Shown here piece by piece: positions 16,291 through 26,261 of a stretch of DNA of 32,000 nt; position 1 is the stretch's first letter, and each line of letters opens with the position of its first letter. The notes below the pieces were generated by a model. That model was given only the letters and a program-made list of their open reading frames with translations. It did not search any database and was not told the DNA's origin. Source of the stretch: Candidatus Nitrosopumilus koreensis AR1 (lineage in GTDB: Archaea > Thermoproteota > Nitrososphaeria > Nitrososphaerales > Nitrosopumilaceae); assembly GCF_000299365.1 (NCBI RefSeq), contig NC_018655.1:1590001-1622000 (forward strand). The letters are read 5' to 3'. A program made the translations under genes and the position numbers.

Positions 16291-18432
16291 ATGAGTGAAA
16301 TTATTTTAAAAGTTGATGAAATTCCACAACAACATGTTGGACGAGGAAGAGCAATCATTGATCCAAAAATTATTGAAGATCAAAATTGGAACACTGGCCA
16401 AATTTTGGAATTAACATATAATAAAAAAACCCATGTAAAACTCTGGCCAGGTAATCCTGAAGAATATGGTACAGGAATTGTCAAAATTGATGGGATGACA
16501 AGACAAAATATTGGAGCTGGAATTGGCGATAAAATTTCTTTAAAATCAGTAGAAGCCTCTAATGCTGAGCAAATTGTTTTGTCCCCAACTGAAAAGATCT
16601 CTGCTGAAGGATTACAAGAATATATGACTTACAACTATCTTAATCATGTATTTACAACTGGAGATACATTATCTCTTAATACACAAATGGGTGGACGAGT
16701 TCAATTCATTGTAACTAGTACAAAGCCTTCAAAACCAGTAATCGTAACTGAAAACACAATTTTCAAACTGGGGTCTATGACTAAGGCAGTTGATGTATCT
16801 GTTCCAAGAATAACATATGATGAATTAGGCGGTCTTAAAAACGAAGTTCAAAAAATTCGTGAGATGGTTGAATTACCAATGAGACATCCAGAATTATTTG
16901 ATAAGATAGGTGTAGAAGCTCCAAAAGGAGTGTTGTTGTATGGTCCTCCAGGCACTGGAAAGACTCTACTTGCAAAAGCAGTGGCTGGAGAAACAAATGC
17001 CCACTTTATCTCACTTAGCGGTCCTGAAATAATGGGTAAATACTATGGAGAAAGTGAAGAGAAAATTCGAGAAATTTTCAACCAAGCAGAAGAAAACTCT
17101 CCAAGCATAATCTTCATTGATGAAATAGATTCTATTGCTCCAAAAAGAGATGAAGTTTCAGGCGAAGTTGAAAAGAGGATTGTATCTCAACTTTTGACTT
17201 TGATGGATGGAATGAAATCCAGAGGCAAGGTTGTAGTAATTGCAGCTACAAACAGACCAGACTCTATTGATCCAGCACTTAGACGACCTGGTAGATTTGA
17301 CAGAGAAATTGAAATTGGAATTCCTGATGATGAGGGAAGATTTGAAATTCTTTCGATTCATACACGTGGAATGCCAATAGATGAAAAAGTTGATCTCAAA
17401 CAAATCTCAAAAACAACACATGGATTTGTTGGAGCTGATTTGGAAGTATTATCTAAAGAAGCTGCAATGAGATCACTTCGTAGAATTCTTCCAGATATAG
17501 ATCTTGATGAAGATAAAATTTCTTCAGAAATTCTTCAAAAAATAGAGATTACAAGTGAAGACTTTAGAGATGCGTTAAAAGAAGTCCGACCAAGTGCATT
17601 ACGTGAAGTTCAAGTCCAAATTCCTAATGTAAGTTGGGATGATGTTGGAGGTCTTGATGAATTAAAAGAAGAATTACGCGAAGCAGTTGAATGGCCAATC
17701 AAGTACAAAGAGGCATTTGATTATGTTGATGTTGAAACACCAAAAGGAATCTTACTTCATGGTCCTCCTGGAACTGGTAAAACATTGATTGCAAAAGCAC
17801 TTGCAAAAATGACAGAATCTAATTTTATCAGCATAAAAGGACCCGAACTACTCTCAAAATGGGTAGGTGAATCTGAAAAAGGAGTTAGAGAAATTTTCAG
17901 AAAAGCACGACAAGCTGCACCATGTATAATCTTCTTAGATGAAATAGATGCACTTGTACCACGAAGAGGCAGTAGTGGTTCAGAATCACACGTAACAGAA
18001 AGTGTGGTATCTCAGATTCTAACTGAGATTGATGGACTAGAAGAACTACACAATGTACTGATAGTTGGTGCAACAAATCGACTAGATATTGTAGATGATG
18101 CATTACTTAGACCTGGTAGATTCGACAGAATTATCGAAGTCCCAAATCCTGATGCAAAAGGTAGACAAAACATCTTTGAGATTCATACCAAAAAGAAACC
18201 CCTTGCAAGTGATGTGAATATTGCAAAACTTGTAGAGTTGACTGATGGATTTAGTGGTGCAGAAATTGCTGCAGTTGCAAATAGAGCTGCGATTGCTGCT
18301 CTCAAGAAGTATGTAGGTGGCAAAGCACAAAATGTTAAAGACATCAAGATATCTCAACAGGAATTAATTGATGCAATTGACAAGGTCAAGCCTCGAAAAA
18401 AAGAGGCTCCACCAACTCAATCCATAAAATAG
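16291..18432 (+). CDS. cdc48: CDC48/VCP-type AAA+ ATPase (two AAA domains)
   Basis: 713-aa ORF with two Walker A motifs (GPPGTGKT twice), two Walker B motifs (IIFIDEID and IIFLDEID) and an N-terminal CDC48 double-psi-barrel-like domain. A GAGGT Shine-Dalgarno-like motif lies 8 nt upstream. Confidence 0.92.
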   Translation: MSEIILKVDEIPQQHVGRGRAIIDPKIIEDQNWNTGQILELTYNKKTHVKLWPGNPEEYGTGIVKIDGMTRQNIGAGIGDKISLKSVEASNAEQIVLSPTEKISAEGLQEYMTYNYLNHVFTTGDTLSLNTQMGGRVQFIVTSTKPSKPVIVTENTIFKLGSMTKAVDVSVPRITYDELGGLKNEVQKIREMVELPMRHPELFDKIGVEAPKGVLLYGPPGTGKTLLAKAVAGETNAHFISLSGPEIMGKYYGESEEKIREIFNQAEENSPSIIFIDEIDSIAPKRDEVSGEVEKRIVSQLLTLMDGMKSRGKVVVIAATNRPDSIDPALRRPGRFDREIEIGIPDDEGRFEILSIHTRGMPIDEKVDLKQISKTTHGFVGADLEVLSKEAAMRSLRRILPDIDLDEDKISSEILQKIEITSEDFRDALKEVRPSALREVQVQIPNVSWDDVGGLDELKEELREAVEWPIKYKEAFDYVDVETPKGILLHGPPGTGKTLIAKALAKMTESNFISIKGPELLSKWVGESEKGVREIFRKARQAAPCIIFLDEIDALVPRRGSSGSESHVTESVVSQILTEIDGLEELHNVLIVGATNRLDIVDDALLRPGRFDRIIEVPNPDAKGRQNIFEIHTKKKPLASDVNIAKLVELTDGFSGAEIAAVANRAAIAALKKYVGGKAQNVKDIKISQQELIDAIDKVKPRKKEAPPTQSIK

Positions 18433-18449
18433 TCTAAATACTAAGGAAA

Positions 18450-18680
18450 ATGAGACAAAACATGAAACTGTATCTTGACTTTAACCCTTGCCAAGAATGC
18501 AACACCATGATGGCAGAACTTAGTAGTCCTGAGATGTTGTTTGCTGATGAAAAAACCCGAGCAGACGAATCTGCAAAGTTTCTCAGACACTTGACATATA
18601 ACCACAACGAAGTGGTTCAAGCTGTAATGGATGATCTTCCAAAACAAAAAAGAGATCAAGAACCTGACTTCTACAAATAA
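18450..18680 (+). CDS. hypothetical small protein
   Basis: 76-aa ORF 17 nt downstream of cdc48 on the same strand. It contains a CQEC pair. The start may be the internal ATG. Confidence 0.4.
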   Translation: MRQNMKLYLDFNPCQECNTMMAELSSPEMLFADEKTRADESAKFLRHLTYNHNEVVQAVMDDLPKQKRDQEPDFYK

Positions 18681-18744
18681 TCTTCTTTTTCATTACTAGA
18701 AATTAGTAATCATATTCATATACAAAATTACCCTAAATTCTTTA

Positions 18745-19188
18745 GTGCAAAAAATAAAAATCAGTTATATATTTGGCCTGATTGCAATTATCGTCTTATT
18801 TGGCATAACCCCTTCGTTTGCAGTTGAAACTGAACAAGAACCACAACCGCCAGAAATTCCTGAACCTTCACCTGAACCTAAACCAATTCCACTACCTGAA
18901 CCAGAACCAACACCACAACCATTTCCAGGGGAAACCGAATCAGAAAAAATCCAAAGACTGACTGAAGAAAATGAAAAACTAAAACAACAAAACAAGAATC
19001 TTCAAGACCAAATATCCAGCCTGAAAAATGAAAAATTAGGATTACAATCTCAGATATCTGAGCTACGTGAAAAGATAGATAATCTAAAGGAAATTACAAT
19101 GGAGCAAATTCGTGTAATTATGGATTTAGTAAGTAGATTAAAAGATGTATTTTATGAAAAAATAATTTCTCCTACAATTAACATGTAG
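18745..19188 (+). CDS. exported Pro/Glu-rich coiled-coil protein
   Basis: It has a signal-like N-terminus (IFGLIAIIVLFGITPSFA) and a PE/PEP repeat tract (PQPPEIPEPSPEPKPIPLPEPEPTPQP). A heptad-rich segment follows (LKQQNKNLQDQISSLKNEKLGLQSQISELREKIDNLKE). Confidence 0.55.
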   Translation: MQKIKISYIFGLIAIIVLFGITPSFAVETEQEPQPPEIPEPSPEPKPIPLPEPEPTPQPFPGETESEKIQRLTEENEKLKQQNKNLQDQISSLKNEKLGLQSQISELREKIDNLKEITMEQIRVIMDLVSRLKDVFYEKIISPTINM

Positions 19189-19202
19189 GATTTTTTGGTT
19201 TT

Positions 19203-20123
19203 TTACTCATCAAGCTTTAATGTTTTCCTAATCAAAACAGCTCTGTTTCTTATTGTAACATCGCTTACTCCTGCCTCAACTGAGAATTTCTTTTGACTGA
19301 TTTTTTCCCCGTTCATTATACATGAAATGTATAATGAAGCAGCAGCTTGTGCCACTGGATGTTTTCCGGCAGTGATCTGTTCTTTTTCACAGAGCTTTAG
19401 TATCTCAAATGCGCCCCGTTTTGTCTTTTCTTTCAAATTCATATTGTTTGAAATTTTTGAGATAAACGAGGAAGTGTCGTATTGATTAAGATTCAATCCA
19501 AGCTTTTTGATTATGGTTCTTAAATCTCTGGAAAGTATTCTTCTTTCTACATTACCGGCATTGGCAATATCATCTAATGTTCTTGGGATGTTGTTTTCTC
19601 TACATGACGCATATAACGAGGCTGAAATCAATGATGCCATTGTTCTTCCTCTAGTTAGTTTTGCACTAACTATTTTTCTGTAAATGTATGCAGCATTTTC
19701 TACTACGTTATCTGGTATTCCTAATTTTGTTTTCATCGAATGTAGTAAAGTAAAGGCCTTGCTCAAAGTAGCAGTTTTTCTTGATTTACTTCTTTGATCC
19801 CATGTTCTGAGTCTATTGAATTCATATTTTGTTTTACTTGATAATGCATTTCCAGAAGAATCTTTATTATTTCCAATCACAGTTGATAATCCTTTGTCAA
19901 ACATCGTTAGTGATGTTGAAGGACCTGTTCGTGCTTGTTTCATAAAGTCTTCCTGAGTGTAACCGTTGTTTTCGTATGATGTGTCAGCTAAGTTTTGCAC
20001 TAGAATAAGACCGCAACCCCCACAAAAAATTTCTCCTCGTTCAGAATCTGTTATTGCAGGATAGGTTTTGCAAGCGTCTAGTTTACACTTGACATCATAA
20101 TCATTTGAATAATTTTCTACCAC
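19203..20123 (-). CDS. tfb: transcription initiation factor IIB (TFB) paralogue
   Basis: It has an N-terminal Zn ribbon (CKLDAC...CGGCG), a B-linker (GPSTSLTMFDKGLST), RTWDQRS and two cyclin-like repeats. Confidence 0.88.
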   Translation of the reverse strand: MVENYSNDYDVKCKLDACKTYPAITDSERGEIFCGGCGLILVQNLADTSYENNGYTQEDFMKQARTGPSTSLTMFDKGLSTVIGNNKDSSGNALSSKTKYEFNRLRTWDQRSKSRKTATLSKAFTLLHSMKTKLGIPDNVVENAAYIYRKIVSAKLTRGRTMASLISASLYASCRENNIPRTLDDIANAGNVERRILSRDLRTIIKKLGLNLNQYDTSSFISKISNNMNLKEKTKRGAFEILKLCEKEQITAGKHPVAQAAASLYISCIMNGEKISQKKFSVEAGVSDVTIRNRAVLIRKTLKLDE

Positions 20124-20299
20124 TGTTAACTAGTATTAGTCGACATAAAATAAAAATAAACTGTTAGAGGAAATTTTGAGATGAAAACTAAACTTTACAA
20201 ACAAAAAATTCCTGATCTTTTTAAAAAATAAACTTCTTAAAAACAGTACGTCATACATCATATTAAATGTTAAAAATGAAAAAGAAATTCCTTTGAAAA

Positions 20300-20491
20300 T
20301 TATTTTTTGATTGATTCTAAAGAATGGCCACGATTTTGGATCATCTGTGTAACTGCTTCTACAGTATAATCAATTCCATGCTCTTCTTCAAAATGGTTTC
20401 TTAATTTCTCAATTGTGCCAACAGATTTTTCTTCATCAATTTGATATTGACATTCAAAACCATAATCTTCACATCTAAGTTTGAGAGTCAT
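20300..20491 (-). CDS. DUF1059-type small metal-binding protein
   Basis: 63 aa. The pattern MTLKLRCEDYGFEC...HFEEEHG matches the DUF1059 family. Confidence 0.65.
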   Translation of the reverse strand: MTLKLRCEDYGFECQYQIDEEKSVGTIEKLRNHFEEEHGIDYTVEAVTQMIQNRGHSLESIKK

Positions 20492-20616
20492 TTAGTCTGG
20501 AGAAAATATTAAACCTATAAAAACCATGGACCTGTCTTTCACACAAACGAAATTAGTCATTTTGAACCTAAAATGTATCAAATAGCACTAATAACATCTG
20601 TTATTATGAATTAGAT

Positions 20617-20997
20617 ATGAAAGGGTTAGAGTTTATTTTTCTTGCAGCGGGTTCTGTTCTTGGAGCATTTCTAAGATACAAAGTAACAGAATCACCTTTG
20701 ATCTTCAATACATTACCACTAAACGTTTTGATAGTAAATATGGTTGGCGCATTTGTTCTTGGAGCATTTATTGTTATTTCAGAACAATGGAATCTTGATG
20801 GAAGATATTCTCTTTTTGCAGCAGTAGGATTTTGTGGTTCTCTTACAACAATGTCTTCATTTGCTCTTGATTCTAGTAATCTGATAGAAAGCAATCATTA
20901 TGGAACACTTGCAGTCAACATAATTGCCAATGTTGGGTTATCTATTGGAGCATTAATTGGAGGAAAATCCTTAATGAGTGCAATAATATCTAATTAA
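20617..20997 (+). CDS. crcB: fluoride ion channel CrcB/FluC
   Basis: 126-aa protein with four TM helices. The motifs GSVLGAFLRY, NMVGAFVLG and GFCGSLTTMSSF are typical of CrcB. Confidence 0.88.
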   Translation: MKGLEFIFLAAGSVLGAFLRYKVTESPLIFNTLPLNVLIVNMVGAFVLGAFIVISEQWNLDGRYSLFAAVGFCGSLTTMSSFALDSSNLIESNHYGTLAVNIIANVGLSIGALIGGKSLMSAIISN

Positions 20998-21003
20998 TTA
21001 GAA

Positions 21004-21231
21004 ATGGTCTATTCCTATCAAGTTGTAAAATTTCAATCAATATCATTTGTTCAAGGAACTCATTGGTCACAATCTGTAGGCGATAAAGGAATACTATACA
21101 AATCACTCAAAGATCCATTTTCAAAACTAATAGTTCAAACTAATGATGCAAAAAAATTATTTCATGTGCCAAAAGACAGAACTGTGGTTGTTACAAATGA
21201 TACTGTTCATTTTCTAGGCGAATTAGCTTAG
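21004..21231 (+). CDS. hypothetical protein
   Basis: 75-aa ORF 6 nt after crcB on the same strand. No recognisable motifs. Confidence 0.35.
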   Translation: MVYSYQVVKFQSISFVQGTHWSQSVGDKGILYKSLKDPFSKLIVQTNDAKKLFHVPKDRTVVVTNDTVHFLGELA

Positions 21232-21504
21232 TTATTTAAAAAACTGATCAACTTGATCTCTATATTTCAGTGCAATCTTTCCAAAATCTGAAAAATCCTC
21301 TACAGTTGGATTTTTCATTCTCATTGCGTATTGATTCACAAATACAGACAAAGCACTACCTATGATTAAATTGTACACACCATCTGCAACATTATTTGAG
21401 TACGGAAATGCAACTTTAATAAAAGGCAGATATGACTCTGTTTGAGATATCATTAACTTGATATGCTTTTCAACAACATCTTCTACATCAGTAGGTATTG
21501 CCAT
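21232..21504 (-). CDS. hypothetical protein
   Basis: 90-aa ATG ORF filling the gap exactly. No recognisable motifs. Confidence 0.4.
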   Translation of the reverse strand: MAIPTDVEDVVEKHIKLMISQTESYLPFIKVAFPYSNNVADGVYNLIIGSALSVFVNQYAMRMKNPTVEDFSDFGKIALKYRDQVDQFFK

Positions 21505-21612
21505 GATTTTACTAGTATTGATTTCTTATAAGTAGATCTTTTACACAGGGTGTTGTTTTCAAAGTTGATAATTGCTTTTAGAATTTATTAAAAAAAATAC
21601 TGGAATGGTTTT

Positions 21613-22092
21613 ATGGTGGCAAAAAAACCTACCAAAAAACCTTCAGTCCCATCTCCATTTCTAACTTCAAGTTGGTTTGATATTGACAAATCAATTAATA
21701 ATTTAAAAAAGGAGATGGAAAAAGCATTTTCTTCATTCCCAACAACAATGATGCCAAGAATATCACAAACATCTTGTGATATTATTGATGAAGGGAAACA
21801 GTTCCGTGTAAAAATGGATGTTCCGGGAATAAAGAAAAATGAAATAAAACTGAATGTGACTGAAAATTCTCTTGAAATTTCAGGAGAGCATAAGGAAGAA
21901 TCCGAAGAAAAGAAGAAAAATTTCCTTACAAAAGAACGCAGTCAGGTATCATACTATAGAACTCTGCCTCTTTCTGAAAACATAGTTGCATCTAAGGTAA
22001 AGGCAAAACTTAGTGATGGGGTTTTAGATATAACACTACCAAAATCTAAACCTACAAAGACCCAAAAGAAGAAATCAGTCTCAATTCAATAG
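21613..22092 (+). CDS. small heat-shock protein, Hsp20/alpha-crystallin family (second copy)
   Basis: It has an alpha-crystallin domain (FRVKMDVPGIKKNEIKLNVTENSLEISGEH...VKAKLSDGVLDITLPK). Confidence 0.85.
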   Translation: MVAKKPTKKPSVPSPFLTSSWFDIDKSINNLKKEMEKAFSSFPTTMMPRISQTSCDIIDEGKQFRVKMDVPGIKKNEIKLNVTENSLEISGEHKEESEEKKKNFLTKERSQVSYYRTLPLSENIVASKVKAKLSDGVLDITLPKSKPTKTQKKKSVSIQ

Positions 22093-22311
22093 TTGTTCTT
22101 TCACAACCACTTGAGATAGATATTTTTCTTTTCCTTTTCTGCTTCTAGGCAAACACCTTAACTGCCTGTTACAACATGGGCAAGTTAGCCCGTCATAGTC
22201 TACAAATACTTCACAATAATTACATCTCTTCTGACCTGCAGCGTATCTTCCAATTTGTGACGGTTTTAGTGCTTTGTACTCTTTGCATTTACCAATACAA
22301 TACGTCATCAA
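22081..22311 (-). CDS. Cys-rich zinc-ribbon protein
   Basis: 76 aa with CIGKC, CNYC and CPCC pairs and a basic C-terminus. Its 3' end overlaps the second hsp20 by 12 bp in convergent orientation. Confidence 0.5.
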   Translation of the reverse strand: MMTYCIGKCKEYKALKPSQIGRYAAGQKRCNYCEVFVDYDGLTCPCCNRQLRCLPRSRKGKEKYLSQVVVKEQLLN

Positions 22312-22415
22312 TGAAGCCTAAAATTATTCAAAAATAAAAGGTTTGATTGCACTGCAACGCACTTTTTGAATATCTTCCAAATTGAATTTATAATACTAGT
22401 CTCCACTTTTGGCTG

Positions 22416-22715
22416 TTGCATTATCTGGATGAAAAAGTATTTGGAAATATCACTACAAAAGAAATCATTGGTGCAGAACCACCAGAAATTCCTGATACGA
22501 GAGATAATTTAGAAAACGAACTTGCAACTTTACTGTCCGAATTAGAATCACAGTCAAAAGAAAATCTTGAAAAACTACTAGAAAAACAAAAGGCTGCAGA
22601 GGATCATGTCAATAGTAGGCCTGGAGCTATGGCACTATCCCAACCTAAAATTCAATTGTTTACAACATACAGTCAAAGATACATAAAATCAATTAAAGAA
22701 AAATTAGAATCTTAG
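22416..22715 (+). CDS. hypothetical acidic/helical protein
   Basis: 99-aa ORF with a non-ATG start in the track. Both the start and the reality of the gene are uncertain. Confidence 0.35.
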   Translation: MHYLDEKVFGNITTKEIIGAEPPEIPDTRDNLENELATLLSELESQSKENLEKLLEKQKAAEDHVNSRPGAMALSQPKIQLFTTYSQRYIKSIKEKLES

Positions 22716-23656
22716 ACTTTTTTCTTTTTGCTACGTTTTTTTGGAGATGCCTTTCTTCGTACTAGTAATGATATGATTGCACCTGCTGGAATTCCTATAA
22801 TTGTTCCAAGACTAACATAGGGGGCAATAAAGAAACTTCCAATCCAAATTCCACCATCAGTTGTCAATTCCATAAATGTTCGTGGTCTTAGAGTTACTGA
22901 AACTGTCTGTGAATCTTCTTTTTGTTCTCCAACATCGTCTGTATATTGTACAATAATCTCAAATGGAATCTTGTATTCCGTATTTACTTCATCAGTTGGG
23001 GTGATGATTCTTGATGTTATTCCTATAGGAGTATTTTTTTGTATTTTAGAAAAAGTATGTGATGTTTCACCTCTAAACTCAATATCTTTAGGCGAAATGA
23101 TCTTGATTCTAACATCTGTAATATCAATATCTTCAGAAATCACACCTACTTCTATTGGAAACTCTGCATTTGCAAAAATTGATTCAGGTGTTTTTGTATA
23201 AATTGTAACATTTGGATCAGCTTTTATGGTAATTGGAATTGCAATGTCATAAAAGAATGGTTCTTGTGGTGTTTTATTATTTGATACAAGAACCTGAGAA
23301 TATTTTATGTTAAGAAAATGAATTCCTGGATTTGCATTATCTGTGATGTATAGATTGATATTTTCTCCATATGATCCACCTTGCGCCAATTTGTCAATTA
23401 TGATATTTTTTGGCTCTACATTTAATCCTCGAATCTCAGATACCAAGAACTCAAATGAAATATCCTGTTTTTCTTCCCATCCGTTATTTTTTACTAAAAT
23501 CGAGATAATTCCTTCTCGCCCTACTACAATTTCACCAGGATGCGTGATCTCAATATCCATCCCTCCTTCTAGATTCTGAACTAGGGTTTCTGCGTAAACA
23601 TTTGGAATTAGCATAAAGAATCCCAACATCAAGGGGACGGTCCATAGCGGTCTCAT
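22712..23656 (-). CDS. exported cell-surface protein with a C-terminal membrane anchor
   Basis: It has a signal peptide (MRPLWTVPLMLGFFMLIPNVYA) and a beta-rich body. The C-terminus has a TM helix and a Lys/Arg tail (RRKASPKKRSKKKKV). Confidence 0.6.
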   Translation of the reverse strand: MRPLWTVPLMLGFFMLIPNVYAETLVQNLEGGMDIEITHPGEIVVGREGIISILVKNNGWEEKQDISFEFLVSEIRGLNVEPKNIIIDKLAQGGSYGENINLYITDNANPGIHFLNIKYSQVLVSNNKTPQEPFFYDIAIPITIKADPNVTIYTKTPESIFANAEFPIEVGVISEDIDITDVRIKIISPKDIEFRGETSHTFSKIQKNTPIGITSRIITPTDEVNTEYKIPFEIIVQYTDDVGEQKEDSQTVSVTLRPRTFMELTTDGGIWIGSFFIAPYVSLGTIIGIPAGAIISLLVRRKASPKKRSKKKKV

Positions 23657-23771
23657 TTCTTACCTCAAATAACTCCGTAATCCCTATTCTGTGTTATTGT
23701 CAGGCTCAAAATTTTGCAAAAAAACTTGTTGATTCATAAATACCAACCAACGGAGGACTCTAGAAATAATC

Positions 23772-24676
23772 ATGGTAAGTAAAACAAAAGAACTCTGTCC
23801 AAGATGTGCGCAGGGAAAACTAGTAACTGATAATGAATCCGGAGAGATGTTTTGCTCCAAATGTGGGTTTGTGATCACTGAAAAATTACAAGAGGCAGGC
23901 CCTGAATGGAGATCATTTACACAAGACGAACACGGAGACAGGGCAAGAGCAGGCGCTCCTACCTCATTGACTATGCATGACATGGGTCTTGCTACAATAA
24001 TTAATCCAGTAAACAAGGATGCTTCTGGAAGACCACTAACAGCTTCTATGAAAAGTACTATTGAGAGATTACGAACTTGGGATAGTAGAAGCCAAGTTCA
24101 TGAACCAGTTGATAGAAATTTCAGACAAGCATTTAGTGAATTAAACAGACTAAAAGACAAACTAGCAATTTCTGATGCAGTAATTGAAAAGGCAGCTTAC
24201 ATTTACAGAAAAGCATTAGATAAAGGACTCGTTAGAGGTCGCTCCATTTCAGCTTTGATGGCATCAGCACTTTATGCTGCATGTCGTGATACTGAAACTC
24301 CAAGAAATCTAAAAGATGTTGAACAAGCAGCAAACATCAAAAGAAAAGATATCGCAAGATGTTACAGATTACTAGTAAAAGAACTTGACTTGAAGATGCC
24401 AGTAACTGATTCAATTCAATGTGTTGCAAGAATTGCCAGTAGAATTGGAATTGCAGAAAAACAAAGAGATATGCAGTTAAAGTGCTCAAAAAAGCACAAG
24501 AAAACGAAGTTTCAGCAGGAAAAGATCCAATGGGATTAGCTGCTGCTGCACTATACCTATCATGTGTCAAAAATGGTGAAGATAAGACTCAGCGTGATAT
24601 TGCAGAAGCTGCAAACGTGACTGAAGTTACCATTAGAAATAGGTACAAAGGTCTCAAAGAATCCCTCGATCTTTAA
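23772..24676 (+). pseudogene. tfb: transcription initiation factor IIB (TFB), canonical-looking copy, split by a 1-nt frameshift in an A5 run
   Basis: It has a Zn ribbon (CPRC...CSKCG) and GAPTSLTMHDMGLAT. The frame breaks at 24457-24461. Frame 1 reads ..RIGIAEK and the -1 frame continues TKRYAVKVLKKAQENEVSAGKDPMGLAAAALYLSC. This parallels EKTKRGAFEILK..ITAGKHPVAQAAASLYISC in the other TFB in this window. Confidence 0.85.
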
Positions 24677-26148
24677 TCAAATTTTTCTTGAAAATTTACT
24701 TTTTTTACAAATCCACCTTCGTTTGACTCATCCATTAAATTTTCTACTTTTTTTGATTCATCTTTAGATGCACCATCATCAGAATCTTCAGGTGGTTTTA
24801 CAAATCCACCTTCAGTTGATTCTGGAGGAGGAATATTTTTTGCTCTTCCCATTCCAATTGTTGTAATAATTACTGATGCCAAAATGATAAAGAATATGAT
24901 TTGTGGATATGCTTCTGCATTTGAGAGCCCCATAGTTATTGGATATGTAGCGAGTACTGCTGCAGCAAGCCCTCTAGGAATCATAGAATTTGTAACAGCT
25001 CTGTCCAACTTGGAAAATCTTTTTGTCAGTGTAATTTTTGCAACAATTCCTCTTCCAAAGAAAACTGCAATTGTTACTAAAATTCCAAATATCATATATT
25101 CTATTTGTCCAAAACTTGCCATTAATCCAACAAATACAAAGAAAAATGCTCTTACCAAAAATGTGAGCTGGTTATGAGTTGGATCATCCATCTCGATTTT
25201 TGGTAATTTGAACTTAAGAATATGTGCTAGATGACTCTTATTTCCAACCATTAATCCAAATACTAATGCAGTTAATGCACCTGATTCTCCAAATGAATTT
25301 GCTAAGAAGAATAACACAAACAAAATTCCTAATGTAAGCATGTATCCATGTTGAGCATTTCCAAGCTTTGTTGAAACATACATCCAAGGAATTCCTACAC
25401 CAAATCCCAGAACTAAACCTACTATAACTGCCCTTCCAAGTGTTTCTTGTAATGTCTGAATATCAAAATGTCCTGCAAGTACTGCTTCAAATAATATGAA
25501 TGCAATAATTGTAGCTAAAATATCAGTTAGAGCTGATTCAAAACTTAGCATAGATTTTGCTTCTTCTGAAATCTGGACATTTCTAACCAATCCAAAAACA
25601 ATTGCAGAACTACTTCCTCCAACAATTGAGCCCAACAAAATACTTTCTAACCATAACCATCCCAATGCATAATGTGCTGCAACTGCAATTACTGTAACTG
25701 ACAAAATAAAACCAAGAATAGCTAATGTGGATGAAAAATGTGCTGTTCTTATAACATGTTTGATATCTAAATTTAATCCTCCATCAAACATGATGATTAT
25801 TAATGCCAGTGCTGCAAAATATGGAACCACTTGAATTACAGCTTCTGGTTGAATCAAACCTAGTACTGGTCCTAGAATCACTCCTAGAATCATCAAGAAT
25901 GCAACATCTGGTATTCCTGTTTTTTTAAAAAATGCTTCACCTGCAACTCCAAGAAAAATTACAACCCCTGCTGCAAGCAAAATTACATGAGCTGGAGCAA
26001 TAACACCATCTTGAACAGATAATGTTCCAATTGAGTTTTGCAACTCTGTAATTCTTTCTAAAATAAAATTTGAATCAAAATTAGATAATGGTATTTCACC
26101 AAACTGGCCTCTAATTAAATTCAAAATAGACAAAACTATTGGATTCAT
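24673..26148 (-). CDS. Na+/H+ (cation:proton) antiporter, CPA1/NhaP-like
   Basis: 491-aa protein with about 11-12 hydrophobic helices. The sequence is exchanger-like (FFKKTGIPDVAFLMILGVILGP, MFDGGLNL). The acidic cytoplasmic tail has a duplicated EGGFVK motif. Confidence 0.75.
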   Translation of the reverse strand: MNPIVLSILNLIRGQFGEIPLSNFDSNFILERITELQNSIGTLSVQDGVIAPAHVILLAAGVVIFLGVAGEAFFKKTGIPDVAFLMILGVILGPVLGLIQPEAVIQVVPYFAALALIIIMFDGGLNLDIKHVIRTAHFSSTLAILGFILSVTVIAVAAHYALGWLWLESILLGSIVGGSSSAIVFGLVRNVQISEEAKSMLSFESALTDILATIIAFILFEAVLAGHFDIQTLQETLGRAVIVGLVLGFGVGIPWMYVSTKLGNAQHGYMLTLGILFVLFFLANSFGESGALTALVFGLMVGNKSHLAHILKFKLPKIEMDDPTHNQLTFLVRAFFFVFVGLMASFGQIEYMIFGILVTIAVFFGRGIVAKITLTKRFSKLDRAVTNSMIPRGLAAAVLATYPITMGLSNAEAYPQIIFFIILASVIITTIGMGRAKNIPPPESTEGGFVKPPEDSDDGASKDESKKVENLMDESNEGGFVKKVNFQEKFD

Positions 26149-26261
26149 CTATTATTGCATCTCAATATCTATGGATAAAAATTAAACTAGATTTGGTTAG
26201 TCATTTTAGCCTCATTAATTTTAGATACACCTTAAATCACCCCAAACAGTATTTTTCTTGA

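Noticed and set aside
20492-20616. Possible fluoride riboswitch (crcB motif) upstream of crcB.
   Set aside because: The 125-bp leader is AT-rich. I could not find the conserved GGCGAUG...CUGAUG-type pseudoknot core or a convincing stem.
24457-24461. Programmed -1 (TFB) or +1 (NDH-2, 13890-13895) ribosomal frameshifting or transcriptional slippage.
   Set aside because: The runs are only 5-6 nt. I saw no downstream stimulatory structure. Two opposite-sign indels in homopolymers within 11 kb fit sequencing error or decay better. The idea is kept only as a minor alternative.
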